From Alphaproteobacteria bacterium (GTDB lineage Bacteria > Pseudomonadota > Alphaproteobacteria > UBA11136), in contig JASLYJ010000003.1 in the NCBI GenBank assembly GCA_030739855.1, positions 6,276 to 70,275 of the forward strand: a stretch of 64,000 nucleotides of DNA, read 5' to 3'. Both the position numbers and the translations under genes were made by a program. The notes under the pieces were generated by a model. That model was not told where the DNA came from. It did not search any database and worked only from the letters and a program-made list of their open reading frames with translations. Positions within the stretch are counted from its first letter, which is position 1; every line of letters begins with the position of its first letter. Shown piece after piece: positions 60,745-64,000 of this stretch.

Positions 60745-62781
60745 GTGACAAAGCTCGCGGAACCGCGCTGCGCAGTATTGGTGGGGCCATATCTCAGTGG
60801 TAAAACCACGCTTCTTGAAAGCCTTCTTTCGATTACAGGAACCGTTAATCGTAAGGGCACGGTGAAAGAAGGCAATACGGTAGGCGATAGTTCGCTGGAG
60901 GCTCGTGGCCGACAGATGAGCACGGAACTGACCGTCGCCCCCGCCACTTATCTCGATGACCAGTGGACCTTTATAGATTGTCCCGGTTCAGTGGAATTTT
61001 TCCAGGATTCTCAGGATGCACTCAGCATCGCCGACATCGCTGTGGTGGTCGTGGAGCCGGAAACCGATCGTGCCATCATGCTGTCCCCGCTCCTGCGCTT
61101 CCTTGACTCTCGCAACATCCCCCACATGATTTTCATCAACAAGGTAGACACCGCAGACGCTAGCCCTTCCGATGTACTGGCGGCCTATCAGGCGGTCTCG
61201 GAACGACCACTGGTAATGCGCCAAGTGCCGATCCAGGACGAAGATACCATCAGGGGCTATGTAGACCTCATCAGCGACCGCGCTTACAACTACAAGAGCG
61301 GGTCGGCTTCCGACCTTGTGGAAATTCCCGTTGAATTACAGGAAATCGAGCAAAGTGCTCGTACGGAAATGCTGGAAACGCTGGCCGACTTCGACGACGA
61401 TCTGCTGACCCAACTTATCGAGGACGTGGTGCCACCAAAGGAGGAAATTTACCAGTTCCTCAAGAAAGATATCGCCGATGACAAAGTGGTTCCGGTACTT
61501 TTCGGTTCGGCGGAAAATGACCAGGGAGTGCGGCGCCTCTTGAAGGCGTTGCGCCACGATGTGCCAGATCCCGTGGCCACTGCCGATCGGCTGGGAATCG
61601 AGGCCAAAGGCGAACCTCTAGCCTGGATTTTCAAGACTATTCACGCCCCCCATCTGGGCAAGCTCTCCTTAGCACGCATCCTTCGCGGCGCTATCAAGGA
61701 CAATACCGCCCTAGGTAGCGCTCACCCCAGCGGAATGTTCCGCCTTACCGGCGAGAAACACGAAAAGTTGGGGGAAGCGAAGCTGGGCGAGATAGCGGCT
61801 ATGGGACGGCTGGAGGCGGCTAAGACAGGTGACATACTCACATCCTCTGGCAAGGTTCCCGACGGCTTAGAATCCTTTCCAAAACCACTTTCCCCCATGT
61901 ACAGCGCCGCCATCTCTACAGAAAAAAGCAGCGACGAGGTAAAACTCACCGAAGCGTTGGCCAAGATTAGAGAGGAAGACCCTTCGCTTTCATATGAACA
62001 AAACTTGGACACTCACGAACTGGTGCTGTGGGGCCAAGGTGAAATGCATCTTCAGATCGCCTCAGACAGGTTCAAGAACAAGTTCAACCTGTCTTCAGTG
62101 ACTATGAAGAAGCCCCAGGTGCCCTACAGCGAGACTATCTCTAAGCCAGTCTCCCAGCATGCTAGATTCAAGCGTCAGACAGGGGGCCACGGACAGTTCG
62201 GCGACGTCCATGTGGACATCAAGCCTCTTCCCCGGGGGTCTGGCTTCAAGTTCGATAACACGGTGGTAGGCGGCCACGTGCCGCGTCAGTTCATCCCAGC
62301 GGTGGAAAACGGGGTCAAGGAATACTTGAAATCGGGTCCGCTGGGCTTCCCTGTAGTGGATCTCTCAGTGACACTAACCGATGGTCAGCACCATGCAGTA
62401 GACAGTTCTGAACAGGCCTTTAAACAAGCTGGGCGACTGGCCATGAGCGAAGGCCTACCTCAATGCAAGCCGGTGCTTCTGGAACCCATCTGCAAGGTGA
62501 CCATCTCCCTGCCTACAGAGTTCACCTCCAAAGCGCAACGGGTAATCTCCGGCCGCCGTGGCCAGATTCTAGGCTTTGACGCCAAGTCTGGCTGGAAGAG
62601 CTGGGACGAGGTTTCCTCCCTTATGCCTCAGGCCGAGATGTATGACCTCATCATCGAGCTCCGCTCTCTCTCCTCTGGAGCAGGAAGCTATACCTTTGAA
62701 TTCGACCACAAGCAGGAGCTGACGGGCCGCGATGCTGATCAGGTGATTTCCGCACGCGCCGAGGCCAAGAAGGCGTCCTGA
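60745..62781 (+). CDS. elongation factor G paralogue with atypical GTPase motifs
   Basis: 678 aa, GTG start. G1 is GPYLSGKTT, G3 is DCPGSVEF (canonical DTPGHVDF) and G4 is NKVD. Domains II-V are recognisable (HAPHLGKLSLARI, GEMHLQI, RFKRQTGGHGQFGDV, HAVDSSEQAF). Confidence 0.85.
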   Translation: MTKLAEPRCAVLVGPYLSGKTTLLESLLSITGTVNRKGTVKEGNTVGDSSLEARGRQMSTELTVAPATYLDDQWTFIDCPGSVEFFQDSQDALSIADIAVVVVEPETDRAIMLSPLLRFLDSRNIPHMIFINKVDTADASPSDVLAAYQAVSERPLVMRQVPIQDEDTIRGYVDLISDRAYNYKSGSASDLVEIPVELQEIEQSARTEMLETLADFDDDLLTQLIEDVVPPKEEIYQFLKKDIADDKVVPVLFGSAENDQGVRRLLKALRHDVPDPVATADRLGIEAKGEPLAWIFKTIHAPHLGKLSLARILRGAIKDNTALGSAHPSGMFRLTGEKHEKLGEAKLGEIAAMGRLEAAKTGDILTSSGKVPDGLESFPKPLSPMYSAAISTEKSSDEVKLTEALAKIREEDPSLSYEQNLDTHELVLWGQGEMHLQIASDRFKNKFNLSSVTMKKPQVPYSETISKPVSQHARFKRQTGGHGQFGDVHVDIKPLPRGSGFKFDNTVVGGHVPRQFIPAVENGVKEYLKSGPLGFPVVDLSVTLTDGQHHAVDSSEQAFKQAGRLAMSEGLPQCKPVLLEPICKVTISLPTEFTSKAQRVISGRRGQILGFDAKSGWKSWDEVSSLMPQAEMYDLIIELRSLSSGAGSYTFEFDHKQELTGRDADQVISARAEAKKAS

Positions 62782-62882
62782 AGATCCGGACAACGTGCCC
62801 ACCGCCACGTTTTTCCACTCTCCCCCTAAAATCCCCCCGAAATCCGTCACAGACCCAATGATGGTGGTGCAACCCACAGAAG

Positions 62883-63830
62883 TCAGTCTTCCTGCTCGGC
62901 CAAGAATTTCTCTGCTTCCAAGGCGCTCATACAGCCCATGCCCGCCGCCGTCACCGCCTGGCGATAGACCTTGTCGGTGACATCGCCGGCGGCAAATACA
63001 CCAGGAACGCTGGCGGCGGTGCTGTCGGGAGCGCTGATGATATAGTCTTCCTCGTCCATATCCAGCTTACCCTTGAAAATCTTGGTGGCGGGATCATGGC
63101 CAATAGCGATAAAGATTCCTTCCACGGACATGTCTGTAATCTCACCAGTCTTCACATTCTTGAGACGCGCCGCAGTCACGCCAAGGGGGTCATTCTGGCC
63201 CAGAATGTCGGTCAGTACGCTATTCCAAACCGTCTCGATTTTTGGATTTTTCAGTAAACGCTCTTGCAGGATCTTCTCGGCCCGCAATTCGTCGCGGCGG
63301 TGGACAAGCGTCACCTTCTCGGCATGGTTAGTAAGGTAGATGGCCTCTTCCACGGCAGTATCCCCACCGCCGATCACCGCCACCTTCTTACCGCGGTAGA
63401 AAAACCCATCACAGGTGGCGCAAGCAGAAACGCCGAACCCCATGAATTTCTTCTCCGCCGGCAGACCGAGCCAGCGGGCGCGGGCGCCGGTGGAGATAAT
63501 CAGGGTCTCGGCGGTATAGGTGTCTCCGGAATCACCGCTACAAACAAAAGGCCTTTTCGAGAGATCCACCTCGACGATGATGTCGGAAATCCGCCGCGTG
63601 CCCACCTTTTCCGCCTGGGCCTGCATCTGCTCCATCAGCCACGGCCCCTGGATCACGTCGGCGAAGCCGGGATAGTTCTCCACGTCGGTGGTGATGGTGA
63701 GTTGTCCGCCGGGCTGGAGACCGGCCACCATCAGCGGATCCAGATTGGCGCGTGCGGCGTAGATGGCCGCAGTGCAACCCGCAGGGCCGGAACCGAGGAT
63801 CAGAACCCTAGTGTGGTGCGTGTTCACCAT
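62883..63830 (-). CDS. trxB: thioredoxin-disulfide reductase
   Basis: Contains ILGSGPAGCTAAIY, redox-active CATCDG, GGGDTAVEEA and GVFAAGDV. Confidence 0.93.
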   Translation of the reverse strand: MVNTHHTRVLILGSGPAGCTAAIYAARANLDPLMVAGLQPGGQLTITTDVENYPGFADVIQGPWLMEQMQAQAEKVGTRRISDIIVEVDLSKRPFVCSGDSGDTYTAETLIISTGARARWLGLPAEKKFMGFGVSACATCDGFFYRGKKVAVIGGGDTAVEEAIYLTNHAEKVTLVHRRDELRAEKILQERLLKNPKIETVWNSVLTDILGQNDPLGVTAARLKNVKTGEITDMSVEGIFIAIGHDPATKIFKGKLDMDEEDYIISAPDSTAASVPGVFAAGDVTDKVYRQAVTAAGMGCMSALEAEKFLAEQED

Positions 63831-63842
63831 TCAGGAAGGCCC

Positions 63843-64000
63843 CTAGAATCCAAACATGTGGTCGAAACAAAAGGCAGCGCCATCATTGACAAGGCCGTGA
63901 TAGCCGAACAAACGGCAGGTCACGTCACGAACAAGCACATAGGCGTTATCGCCGGCCTCAGCGCGTTCATTATCGTCGAACATATCGCTATAGCGCCAGT
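63843..64000 (-). CDS. C-terminal fragment of an unidentified protein (N-terminus outside window)
   Basis: The minus frame is open from the window edge to TAG (63845-63843): ...WRYSDMFDDNERAEAGDNAYVLVRDVTCRLFGYHGLVNDGAAFCFDHMFGF*. No family recognised. Not in the track because it runs off the edge. Confidence 0.35.
   Translation of the reverse strand, partial: WRYSDMFDDNERAEAGDNAYVLVRDVTCRLFGYHGLVNDGAAFCFDHMFGF

Overview
Dense, mostly housekeeping chromosomal segment with alphaproteobacterial, Rhodospirillales-like gene content: split PntAA/PntAB/PntB transhydrogenase, petABC, a COQ9-type protein, an alpha-type L36, and the ychF-pth-L25-prs and lgt-midA-pgeF blocks. I support about 58 protein-coding genes, one tRNA-Val(GAC) and several rho-independent terminators. 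I saw no rRNA, CRISPR array, transposase, integrase, phage gene or recognisable defence or toxin module, and I did not find a convincing previously undescribed multi-gene system. The items most worth a second look are these. (1) A ubiT-ubiU-ubiV cluster for O2-independent ubiquinone hydroxylation, with the expected Cys spacings. (2) An mtnP-mtnA-FucA-like aldolase cluster directly behind petABC that looks like the DHAP shunt rather than the classical methionine salvage pathway. (3) An EF-G paralogue whose switch-II catalytic His is replaced (DCPGS). (4) An rpsU gene with no canonical start codon. (5) Two DnaA-box clusters in non-coding DNA, one of them in an unusually long (about 550 bp) AT-rich gap. 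(6) A low-GC PhyH dioxygenase and a low-GC orphan lipoprotein. Limits: all calls come from reading translations and motifs from memory. No similarity search, covariance model, GC or GC-skew calculation was run. Several start codons were moved by eye from the longest-ORF track and are uncertain by tens of codons.
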